The position numbers were made by a program, and so were the translations under genes. Of a stretch of DNA of 64,000 nt, positions 33,776 to 45,500 are shown one piece after another. Each line of letters opens with the position of its first letter. The first letter of the stretch is position 1. The stretch comes from Tubulanus polymorphus. Its lineage: Eukaryota; Animalia; Nemertea. The DNA is taken from contig NC_134031.1 of NCBI RefSeq assembly GCF_964204645.1, positions 4,712,001 through 4,776,000 of the forward strand. The letters run 5' to 3'. Below the pieces are notes generated by a model. It ran no database searches, was not told the origin of the DNA, and was given only the letters and a program-made list of their open reading frames with translations.

Positions 33776-36700
33776 TCAATTCGACTGTGTCCCAGAATTT
33801 GCACTTTCCGCGAGGCTGGCATTTTTTTCAGCGTGGTATATCCGCGAAATTTGAATAAGCATCGGTCCAGTTTCGGGATCGTTAAGCCAGTCGGTTGTAA
33901 GTGCTGGATTATCCAACATACTCAAAAACGCTGCAACAAGAACGAAAATTCGGTACAATTCAGTTACCCTGGAAAGCGCGTTAAAACACCGTAAATCGTA
34001 TCAAACTCACCTAAAAGACTTCTAGGATTGTTCAGGCCCAGTTGAACAGTAGGATTAGACATGATAGCTTTATAAATAGGGCCATCGGTATCTAACCCCT
34101 CTCCAATAGGATCCGACGTGGTTGCTTTCTTATCACTAAGTAGCCACTCACACTAAAACAAAATGCGGTCGATGATGACCATAATTTTATTATAGCAAAT
34201 GCATCGATCTTCTTTCAGACAATTCTATTTCTTGCAGACTTATGTGTTAAGATCATAGTTTGAAATCTTTCATGATATAGATCTTTACATGAACAATAAT
34301 CATAAATTCAGACAGCTTATAACTTACAGCTGCATCCTCGTCATTTCCCGTCGCCATTAAAGCTTGTCGAACATCTGGTTCTTCAAAACCCATCTCAATC
34401 AGATTCCTCATAGCCTAAATATTGATACACATATTGAGATGTTTGATACACGAAAGAGGTAACAATACTTAAGTAAGAAAAAACATGAAATTCATTGAAT
34501 GTTTGTTCATTAATTCAAATCGGTATTATTACCCTTTGATTGGCTCGGAAATCTCTTTTCTTGTAAGCTTTGAATGATTTTAGAACTGTTGAAAGACTTT
34601 TCTCCTCCGGGTCACCGCCGGTAGCGCCACCGCATGCCTATGAAAGTTATATCGAAACTCTGATATATCAGGGTCCTTACAGGTCATTCGTGATAAAGAG
34701 TTTTAAAGGAGTAGGTTTCAAATTTCGAGGAAGCGTCTGCATCATTTTCCTATCCCAATTACTGTAGACTCGTCCAAAATCAGTACTGATTATCTGAGTA
34801 AATCCATTAATTTGGTGGTTTTGTAAGCAAATTTTTATCCATAAGACTACCTAATTAAACTCAGATTCTAATTAAGCAACTGCCTTATTGAGTAAAAACA
34901 AATCTGTATCGATTTAGGCTTAGTCTACTTTACAACTACAAACTAGACAAAAATTTCCAATTGCCTATTACAAAAGATTGAAGGGGTTTCAGGCATTTTG
35001 CGCATATTAAAGGAGTTTCAAGCACCTTTAGAAGAATTTTCCATTTTGAAGGAGTTGTTAAGGAATCAAGGAGTCGTACAAGGGACCCTTGTACAATGGC
35101 GATAATGAATTTTCTGTTATTTTTTCTACCTGGTCAGATTCATCGCTTTCTTCGGTGACAGCTTCATACGGTTCATCGATATCTGAATCGCCCTCGTGTT
35201 CGAGCAACCATTCCATCGCGTCTACCGTCGACATTCTAATGAAATCATCGATTTAAAGAAACACTGATGTGATGAAGATCGATTGAATTAATTAAATCAG
35301 ACTTCGATTTTTTACGCTTGATAGGGATCCAACCAGAAATATATGGTCTCTATGAGAAAGGTGTCATTTTGATTTCAATTATAGTGAGTTTGTTACATCA
35401 TATTTAATACCACTTTAACGAAAAAGAACAAATTTCCTCAATCTAACTCAAATTCAAAGTACCATTCTTTGTAACACTTCATGGGTTGTAACGTAATTTT
35501 CATCGGCCCCAACATTGGCGTCATATCAAAGGAATTTTAGTGTATAAATGTGTATGTACATGTAGCGGATTTGTCCAACCATCTATTTTTAGTACCATTT
35601 TCAAATATTTCATGTACTCGGCAGAATTTTCTCAATAGTCCACTTACTTGTTCATGAGAAGAGCTTTCTTAGCCCTCGCAGCCGGAAAACCCATGTCCGT
35701 TAGTTGTTTCAATGAACGCTCATCCACACTGGGATTTTCTTGTTCTTTCATAACCTCTGAAATAAAATCAAAGATACAGATGTTATAAAACGGCCTCGTC
35801 ATAGAACGCTGTCCTGAAGGAAAATTTCCAAGTACTGATGGCTTAACATGATTTTGACACAATCATTTATTGAAAGGCTGAGAAGTCTACAACATTGAAA
35901 ACTACTAAACTAACAACTAATAATACTAATGCTGCTGCTGCTACTATTTCTAATGGTCATTATAATATTTCTGAAAATCAAAATCGAAAAAGCTTTTTTA
36001 CCTTCAGCCTTTTCAAACACTGCTACCGCATTCGGGTTGAGACACTGCAATTTCTGGGCAGCTTCGATTAACGAAATCAGTATCTTGCGCAACTCCACAT
36101 GAAACTGAAAATATACAGAAAACTGAAATACTGAACAGTAACACGTTTATGAATGTTCAAGGATGAATTTATTCGTAGAGTAGTCGTGTTAACCAGGTTT
36201 AAAATAAGGATGAATTTGTATCGGTACACACCACACTGATATCAGATGTACTGCTTATATCAGGAGCTGGATTTACGATTTCTTTCGGCGGTGGAAGATC
36301 GGCCGTGGCTGCCTTGATCGCTTCGCTAGTCGGACCTTCTTTTACTTTCTGAAGAAAAGATTTCAAGATATAAATCAAAACTACAGATACTATATCAAGC
36401 GGCGAGTTCGTCTCAATTTTTACCTTCGAACTTGATTCTCCGGTCATCGGCGGAGCCCTCTTTCTCAGCAGAAGTAGCTCGTCTGAAATAAAATACAGTC
36501 AAAGTTCATTACCTTATAACGCAGTCTTTTTAAATGCCACTGCTCGTTTGACGCCAACATTTTTCAATCTAACTCAAATTCAATGAAAATACTATTCTTT
36601 ATACATTTTTCAAATTCGTTATAACGCCATATTTTTCATCAGGCCCAACGGTGGCGTTATAAAGGGCTTTTGCTGTATACGCGTTGTGAAAGCAAAAAAC

Positions 36701-37251
36701 CGGTTTTACACAGGTAGTTTTGATGTTCAACAAAGTCTACTGCGTAAAATGAAACTAAGTATTTGGTCAACTCTCAGAATTTCTCCGGTCTCAACTTAAC
36801 CAAGTAAAGCAGAGTCTTTTCTCAACTCAGTTCGTCAAAGTACCAGATATTCTGACGGGCTAAACCCTAGACTTGGTATTTGGTCAAATTTGTCCAATTC
36901 TACAAGCCCCTTTGACTGAGTAATAATAAAGTAATTTGAAGTAATATAAAGAATCAATTGAATTACACGTCTTAAACTGGATATCTTACCATTTTCTTCC
37001 ACGTTAGCATCGCTGAGAGTTTGATTGTCATTCAGCGGGCGTCCGGTTTTCACATGCAACAGTCTGTGATAGACAGAGGCTTTTTGTCCGCCGCCCGGAT
37101 CGGGAACGTGACTGAGAGCCGTGATTTTCAATTTATCGACGATACAATCGGACGATACGTCGATACACAAGCACATCCCTTCCATGTTCACTACTTTCAC
37201 TTTCATACTTCGAGGCATGAATATACTAGTGGTGTTTTCAGACACAAACAT
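33776..37251 (-). CDS. UBAC1: Ubiquitin-associated domain-containing protein 1 (KPC2; UBL-UBA-UBA-STI1), multi-exon
   Basis: Starts MFVSE with a UBL domain. Contains [22 protein letters not shown]1 [22 protein letters not shown]2 LIEMGFEE...AACEWLL, and STI1-like [15 protein letters not shown]...[18 protein letters not shown]. Confidence 0.93.
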
Positions 37252-38039
37252 TGGTAAATGTAGCGCTAGATGCAAACAATGTTTGGTTCAGGCATGGGAA
37301 ACGCTAAACCAGGAGAACGCCTTAGATTCTCACTGGAAGAAGTGCGTGTGATTGTAAATTTCGTGTACACCTAATAGTTTCGCAGTTCCAGGTGTTTCAA
37401 ACTTAAAGCAATCTCTAGAATCGCAATACACTCTCCAAGACCAAGTCCAAGTTATCTGAAAAGGAAAATTGACTTATTAAAAAATTTTCAATCAATCATT
37501 TATTATTTCTTAAAATGCAGCCTGACCCAACTATCGGTATGACTGCAGTTTAGGTGTCCCTAATGGTTATGTACCTAACCTTACCATAACACACTATTCT
37601 TTAATAAAGTTTAATAACATTAGCGCCACCCAGTGGATAGGTGACCCAAACTGCAGTGAGACCCAACTATCTGATCCCTGTATCACGGTATCACCAATTA
37701 CATGCGGTACCGTGACTGGGTAGAAAATACAACAGAACAGTGATTAAATGGCAATAAATTTTGAATTTGATTGATAGTTTGATGAACTTTTTTCAGCCTA
37801 ATTTTATCGAATTCGCCACACTATTTTATTTCAAACATAACTCTTGTAGTTTACCTTAGTTGTCATAACGTTAAATAAAACTTTTTTTACCTAGAACGTC
37901 AAAATTTCCTGCAAATCGACAAAATATTTGCAAATTTCTGCTATTTGGTCGATGTTACATGGGCTCCACACGCAAATTGTACCATGTCATAGGAAAATAT
38001 CTCAAACTCGGATCAATTCAATTCACTGAATTATCCTCG

Positions 38040-38350
38040 CATACCAGGGTATGCTTCGGATGAATAAATTTCATAACAACAAATTTGAATCTTAGCAGCA
38101 TCAGAAAAATTTTAATTTCAATGTCCGTGCAAGGTCAGATAGTTGTAGAAATTGTTTTTTCGTTAGAACTGTGATTGGAACAACCTCAACAACATCATGA
38201 CTGTCACAGCACCAACTGTTGAAGCCTTCAAGCAAGACTTTACTGCAACTAGATAGCAGTCGGCTTTCTCTTAACATGTCCATCTCATGCCAGAAGTGGT
38301 CACTGTCAATGTACCTCATCCAGATTGAGATAGGGTTCATAGGGGCATGT
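38040..38350 (+). mobile_element. Degenerate CR1-like LINE 3' fragment between PSMB7 and UBAC1
   Basis: The broken translation RNCFFVRTVI/WNNL...VTAPTVEAFK resembles the CR1 ORF2 terminal FFxRxxxxWNxLP...VxAxSxxxFK motif. Confidence 0.55.
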
Positions 38351-38624
38351 GGTGATAGCTGCCTGCGGTCCAAAACTAAACTATTTCTAGATGTCTCAAA
38401 GAAAATACTAACTAAAACGATTTTGTATAAACTGTTTACATATATTGAATCATTCAATCTTTTAATTTACATCAAACGGTGCTCAAAGCCACAATCTGGG
38501 CTTCTTAATTGGGCTACCGATGTCTTAAAGATGACAAGCAGCGGCATAGAGATTGATAATGTGGTATGTAAGTCTAAGTCCCAGTAGTGTCTTAAATAGA
38601 CACTAGAAACTACAGTTGAACTGT

Positions 38625-41583
38625 TTATGTTTCCATTGGCTCCGCTGCACGCACTTGTTCATTCACAACTTCGAATGGAATCTTTTTTACTTCTTTCTTC
38701 ACGACCGATGTAGTTCCTCTCTTATATCTGTACGAGCCAGCTCTGAAGAAACAAAGAAAATAGGCCACCTTGTGAAAAAAGTTTCAATTCACTTCAGATG
38801 TTAAGACCATCTTTGCCATTAAATCATGGTTAGTACGCCATCATCAGCTGACCCCACTAATTGCACATTTGATCCATTCTTTATTTTGATTATTTAGACA
38901 TCGCATGTATTCGGGACTTCATCACAGATATTTGAATCCAAAATAAAGAAACAAATAGACTAAAAATACTAAGCATTAGCTATCATTTTCATATCACACT
39001 TCACACTCTTTGAAAACGCTCTTTGGGTCCAAGGAGGACACTATGGCCACTCGGTGACATGCTAGACAATCTAACTATTTGAATGTTAATGAGCAAAACT
39101 AAATTCTAGTTCAGTCAAAACTTCGAATTTGCCAGAAAAAACTGTTATATCATCATCAGATGTGGGGTTTTTGCTGGCATTAACCCTGAAATCCCGAGAA
39201 TTAATATCAATCTACCAGTCATGACAATCTCAATATAATCTCAATATTATATAAGAATATAATCCGTAATTCAAAAATGCATATTCACTCACCGAACGCC
39301 TTTCTTGTTCGCTTCGTCGTATGTTCTCAAATATTCTACTTTATCCTTCGTGATAACGCACAAATCGATATTGCTACCGGAGCCGAGATCGTTGAAGATA
39401 CCGGCGGCGATCGCGTCGCGCACCAGTTTCATCGCTTCATCGCGTTCCATATCGATTTTATAACGAGCTTCGAACACCGACATCGCAGCCAACGAACCCG
39501 AACCTAGAAAGTAAAAAAACTTTTTGTTTAGTTCTCCTTAACGTTTTCATCGCAATTTTTCGGTAAAAAATAATATTCTTTTTTTGGTTTATGTCCATCT
39601 TGATTTTCAATCTAGTAATTCGTAAGAGTTATGTTTCATCTTAATTTTCGATCTTACAATTTGCGAAAAAAGTTCACACATCTCTTTTCCAAGGATAACT
39701 TGCCTGAAAATTTTGGCTTTGTTCTAATTGAATTAATACGATTTACAGCTTTTAGAGAATGTAAGACTTACCCATTGTTACGTATGGCAGGGTATCAGTC
39801 GAACCGTGTGGCCAAACACTGTATAAATGAGGCCCGGTACAGTCAACACCACCCAGTACTAACGCTGCACTGATGTATCCGCGATATCTACAAATCATTT
39901 TAATCAAAATTCTTATTTCGAATTCACACGGTTCATAGGAGACTTTAAGCAAATTTGTTTCCCATTTTTGGCGTACAACATTATTGGAATGTAGCAGGAA
40001 ATTATTTCATTCATCTTGACGGTGTATCAATTCAATTATCTATTACCTCTATTGAAGGCAGTATTATAGCAGTATGCCAATTAACACACTTGGGCGAGAT
40101 TTTTCAAACTTTTCAAACCCCCTCAACCGCTAATAAGGGTAACTACATGTCAGCACTGAAAGGGTTAATTAAGACTAGCAGCCCATCGAGTACATTTAGA
40201 TTTCAAGACTATCCAAGACCCCCTAGATAAAATTAACGAGACATACCGGTACTCACTGACCCAACTTCATTCAAGATTTCCACACAAATCCTGTATCTTA
40301 TTTCTTTTCAAATCGAAATTCATCTAATACCTGAATAATTTCTGTTTAAGCATTCTATTAGCCGTACACACTCGCGGTTTTCGTCCCGTGTCCAAACGAT
40401 GTAATTCAAGTTTCGACGATATCATTTGAGTGGTGAATTCTGTGTCGGCCGCAGTTCCTGCTCCGCAACAACTAAAAGTACAACAAGACAGTCAGTGTTA
40501 TTTGGATAAATTAAAGCTTATTTTTTCACAATTCCTCTGAGTGATGTAATGATTTACCCGAGGTTGACTTATAATCATGATTAACTTCTATGGACACCCA
40601 GAAAATTTCCAAGTATTTCAAACTAAGCCACAGAAATCTTTTACTTCAATCTAAGCCTAAAAACTTACTAAATATTGTCGGAAATATAATGAATTTTTTC
40701 GCAGTTTTTATCGGCAACGACTGTATCTTCAGTAGCTCGTGTGTCGGCCCCGAGAACGACGCCATCTTTGAATATAATACCGGCGATCGTTGTACCGGTT
40801 TTGTAAGCTGTCGGCGGCTTTAGACCTTTATCTTGAAGCAACGCATTTCTGAAACAAGAAAACCGACTTTATTGATGCCTCGAAAAATAACACAAATGTT
40901 ATAGCGATGACACATAGGCTATAGTGTTTAATATTGTTGACAAAAAATACCGGTATAAATTACATGATAAATCATGGATCAATGAAGTCATTTTGGATTT
41001 TAATATATCAATAACTGAATTGACTGGCAACCAGTAAAGCTCCGATATGTAGTGCACATCCTCTCAAAAATGATTTTCACAATTTATCAAATATGAAATA
41101 TGAGTCATGAAATATAGAGCTAAATTCACTTTATGTAATAATGCACTATCGACTATGTTGCCAAATGTATATAAACTTCGGCAGTTTTTACATACAGCGA
41201 CGACGCGTCAGGAAATCACACAATATTTTGTAATCTAATGAAAACAAATAGCAATTTCATGAAATTTTGATTTAAATCAAAAGGAAAACTACGTTTGTAG
41301 TTTATAAATTCAATGAGTGATATTTTGAATGAAAAGTACTAGACAATACATGATCATAAGGTTTTATTCGGTAATTAGAACGACTAGTGATTCAGCAATT
41401 TGATCTTTATTTCGTAAAATCTTCCGTTTACGACATTTGAAATTTATTTATCAGCAGTTTAAAATCGACCGGTAAATAATACGAGAGGATGCCGAGGTCG
41501 AAATATAAATCTAAACCGATCTACCTTTGACAATTTTCGAATGAAAAGCCAGAAATCGGATATTCGACGGCCGGCGCTGCCAT
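38625..41583 (-). CDS. PSMB7: Proteasome subunit beta type-7 (beta2), 274 aa (exons 41525-41583, 40669-40848, 40331-40471, 39772-39887, 39293-39503, 38625-38742)
   Basis: Propeptide [10 protein letters not shown]. Autocleavage site KTG|TTIAG, then [44 protein letters not shown] and [18 protein letters not shown]. All junctions are in phase. Confidence 0.97.
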
Positions 41584-41637
41584 TTTCTTTCTTCGATAAT
41601 GCGGAGTGTAGCGCGCAAAGGAAAAAGGAGCCGCCTC

Positions 41638-41774
41638 AGTACGCCTGATGATGGCCTAACAGCATCTAGCCGAAACGTTGCTCGAAATATAATCATCTTG
41701 ATATAGAAATTTTCATTTTTGACTGTAATTATTGTGGGATTTCTCTCGTTATTCATGATACATCTTCTCGTCTC
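41638..41774 (+). mobile_element. Short Penelope-like insertion (family A) with a hammerhead core, just upstream of the PSMB7 ATG
   Basis: CTGATGA (41645-41651)-T-GGC...GCC-GAAA (41672-41675)-CGTT. A 9-bp direct repeat AGCCGCCTC flanks it at 41629-41637 and 41775-41783. It is homologous to 14843-14994. Confidence 0.75.
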
Positions 41775-42014
41775 AGCCGCCTCCAATATTTAATGGATGC
41801 GAAATCAAAAAAAAAAATTCGAAATACGAAATAACTTGAGTTTATATTTTCATAGCATATTATCATCAGTTTTACATAGTTAAAATGGCAACACATACAT
41901 ATCAAGAAGTAAAGAAAGAATGCAATCTTTTAAGATTACAAGATTTTGAATAAATGAGGAGAGAATCCCACAATGATAATAAAAAGTCCGAAAATGAAAC
42001 TTCGAGATAGTAGT

Positions 42015-42080
42015 TTATTTCAACGTTTCGACTAATATTATTAGTTAATATTATATCCTAATAGTCATCTTCAGGAATAA
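42015..42080 (-). ncRNA. Minimal type-I hammerhead ribozyme motif (inverted arm, enlarged loop II)
   Basis: The minus strand reads TTATTC-CTGAAGA-T-GACTA...TAGTC-GAAA-CGT-T-GAAATAA. Confidence 0.65.
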
Positions 42081-42090
42081 TGAATAAACA

Positions 42091-42137
42091 TTATTCCTGA
42101 AGATGACTATTAGGATATAGTCGAAACGTTGAAATAA
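42091..42137 (+). ncRNA. Minimal type-I hammerhead ribozyme motif
   Basis: TTATTC-CTGAAGA-T-GACTAT(taggat)ATAGTC-GAAA-CGT-T-GAAATAA. It has an intact CUGANGA/GAAA core, a 6-bp stem II, a palindromic ACGU stem III and a bulged stem I. Predicted cut is after 42130. Activity is untested. Confidence 0.75.
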
Positions 42138-42570
42138 ACTACTATCTCGAAGTTTCATTTTCGGACTTTTTATTTTCATTGTGGGATTCTCTCCTCATCG
42201 CGTCAACACGCCGGGATATAGTGTTCTACCAATCGTGATTTTGAATAAACTTTTGCCCAAATATCAAGTGAAAATCTTTGGAATTACAGTTTGAATTTTC
42301 ACTAATTAACACTAAAAATATTTTGGATATTTCGAAGTCGTTATCTTAACTGGATTCAAAGCTATCGGGATCAAAGGACATAAAAGATGGAATAATTATG
42401 AGCACCAACACGGCGCGCACCAACACTCGCTTGCCGAATCTGCGCATACTCAATAACCCAGCTGATTAACAAAAATAAATTCCCATTTCGACATCGTATT
42501 CAAAAATTCGCGATACTTCGACGTCTTTCTTTGCTGGAATGCCACATAGGAGAAACTAAGCACCCTCACG

Positions 42571-45500
42571 ATGAGTGAGCTCACCCCGGACGAGGTAAAT
42601 TGGCTATGGACCAACTCGGATCGAATTAAAATACGCCCCGATTCTGTTGAGTTGTCACAGTCGTGCTAAGTATCGAATGAGGTCGCTTCGGAATTTTCGG
42701 GACTACAAAACGGGACAGTTATTAGAATAGACTGAATCTGAATATTATGAGAACACTTTGGTTTTGCCCGTTTTGTTTTGTTTTTACTTTTTATTGTTAG
42801 CCCATTTTTTGGAAGACATTTCTGAAAAATTAAAAAAGCCTTCCTTGAGTTGACAAGACTAATTTGTCGAATTAGTTAGTAAAATATTAGTAGACGGAGT
42901 TGCAAATATGTTGCCCTGTCATTCTCTGCCCTTCAATCTTTTTTTAGTGGGTAATAACGAATGATAGCGTTTAATGCTCAAATATATTTCTTTCTTCAGA
43001 TAAGAAGACGTAGGCTGGCACGCCTGGGAGGTGGAACTCCATCAACGCCTGCTAATACTAGTAATAACACTGCTGAATCTCCATCAATCAACAACGAAAC
43101 ACAGGCGCAAGCAACTCCAACTCGACCAAATACTCATGCCCAGCCACGGGGGCTGTGTCCGAACACCGAAGGTATCCTTTCTTTTCAATGGGTTATATAG
43201 AATATCATTAAAATTCCTATTCGTTTTATACTGTTTGAATATTTTGTTTTTCGTCACTTGTTGAGACCCGCCAGATCTTCAGAGAAACACAGCTATATAT
43301 AGCCCGATGATTAAAAAGTTTGTTAAAAATATTTGTTATGTTACCAAGACAACGTATTATACGTCATATGAAAGTTATATTATTAGCTGCAGCTAAAGAG
43401 TAGTTATTGCCCTGCTGGGAAAACATGTGGCTGAAATCTCAAAATCTAATTAACGCGTTCAACCAGTTTGTAGCCATAAGGTACATGCATGAATCACAGA
43501 TGCTTAAAGGAAGAAAAACTATTTCGGTTTTACTTAGAAATAATCGAGATTTTTCATTCACAAAAATTACGAATATCTTTTCAGCATTTATCACTATACC
43601 TTAACAACTACATGTATGCACATGCGCAGAACATCCTTCCAATTTTTGTTTCTCTTGTTTGGTTCTTTAAAAATGATAAGCTGGCTAATTAGAGAAAGTC
43701 TATTGTGAGTCAAAAAGGAATCTCGCAAGGAAATTGTACAAAATATGACGCAACTTAAACCGGCTGTGGTGTACTGATATAAATCTCAGTACTAGTAGTT
43801 CAGAGTTGATGAGCAAAACCCACAATTGATGATTCAAGAATTCATTCTCTCAGTTAGGAGTTTTGACTAACGTCATCATCAGAGTAACCGGAAAACGAAA
43901 GCATTTCTGTTATGATGAAACTCAGAATATATTGTGAAATCGTCAACTATGGATTTTGCTTAACAACTTGAACCCTTAGCCCTTCAGGATAAGGAACCAT
44001 ATAAAAACAGGTTTCAATGATACTTAGAAAGCTCGGGATAAGTAAAATAGTGTAGGCGTCCCCTGAGGTGATGATATTCATAGCCGCAACGTCAATTGGG
44101 CTTTCTTGTGATGTTACTGGTATAGTAGGGATTCTTTTATGCCATCGTTAATTGTTATATGTATTTATTTCAAACTAGATGAAAGTCAAGGAAGATCTGA
44201 AGAACAAAGCATGGAAACGTGTACCACCACGACCAGTGATATGTCTGAAAAGAGGTACGTGATGGGTTTATATCGTCAAATTTCCATTGCAAATATTCTT
44301 TAGTCCATGTAAATTAAAACTTGATCGTTTCCGTTTCAGCGTCCAGTCTCAAATGGATGTCGACTCCGGTATCGAAACAATGGAGGTCGACGAAATGGAA
44401 ACGAAACCGGAATCGAAAAGAAAGAGGGTGCGTTTTAATGATATTGGCCAATATTCAAATCTTAAAACCCTTTTAAAGAGTTTTAGATCTTTTAACTCTT
44501 AAAATATACCGCTTATAAAAATGCCTGAAAAATGTAGATTTCAGGATTCCCGGCATTAGCGTGTCGATAATATTTAAGTCCTGGAATCGGAGTCAAAAAG
44601 TCCTCGAAAGTCATTAAATGAGATTGATCATGGACACTATGAATCCTGGTCATGTACATGACATGAATATATTTTCATAATTGTATATTGTTGCACTTTT
44701 ATATTGTTTACCTGATATTAAAGAGATGTCTTCATTGATAACGAGTTAGCACCTTGGTGAAGGGGAATGTTCTCTAGTAAGAATCATTTGATTTTGTGCA
44801 ATTTTGATCGAAACCCTAGGATAACCTCCGAAAATAACTGAAAACCATAAAGGTGTATGTTTTTATTGTGGAATTCAGCTGATTTTCTAATAATTGCAGG
44901 AAACCAGCGTTGGTTCGGAAGCCACGGAAGAACAAGTTTTGAATACCGTTAGTCGCATTTTCCAAGTTTCGTGGAAAGAGCCGTCTTTAGATTGCGTTTA
45001 TCTTCCGCAGCTCGCTGAAGTTTTTCAAAGCTCAGAAGGTTCGTCTCGTGCTCTCGTTAGCTCAACAAACTGTAACTGATGCTCGCGACATCTTAATTAA
45101 CCTTTTCGATAAAATTTTCTAGGTCACAGAAATTATGGAGATCTACTTAGTCAAATACTGATGGAGGCGTTGCTGCAGATTCACTGCGGACAAAATCCAT
45201 TCACGAAAGTTAAAGAAAACAAAAAACTCAGCGCATCACCGATGAAATATGGATCAAGCCCGAGCAGGTAAATTGTTAATGGGCGGCCCAGGGATATTAT
45301 TTCAGGGCCCCTATGACTCCTTGATTTCATAAAAACTCCTAAGCAGAAAGTGCTTTTAAAGGTGCTTTGTATCTCCCTTGAGTTTTGAATTTGAGCGAAA
45401 TGTCCAAGACTCCTTCAGTTTTGAGGAATAGGCTACTGGAAATGTTTTTAGTTGTACAGTAGACTAACGCCTAATTCAGTACAGTTAGGACCAGGATTTT

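Larger units (their letters stand above)
41955..42236. mobile_element. Short fold-back Penelope-like non-autonomous insertion (family B) with hammerhead cores on both strands
   Basis: Near-perfect palindrome at 41955-42198 plus a unique 3' tail. A 13-bp direct repeat GATTTTGAATAAA flanks it at 41942-41954 and 42237-42249. Confidence 0.8.

Noticed and set aside
38101-38587. 118-122 aa ORFs between UBAC1 and PSMB7
   Set aside because: No recognisable domain; they overlap a decayed CR1-like fragment and the PSMB7 3' region.
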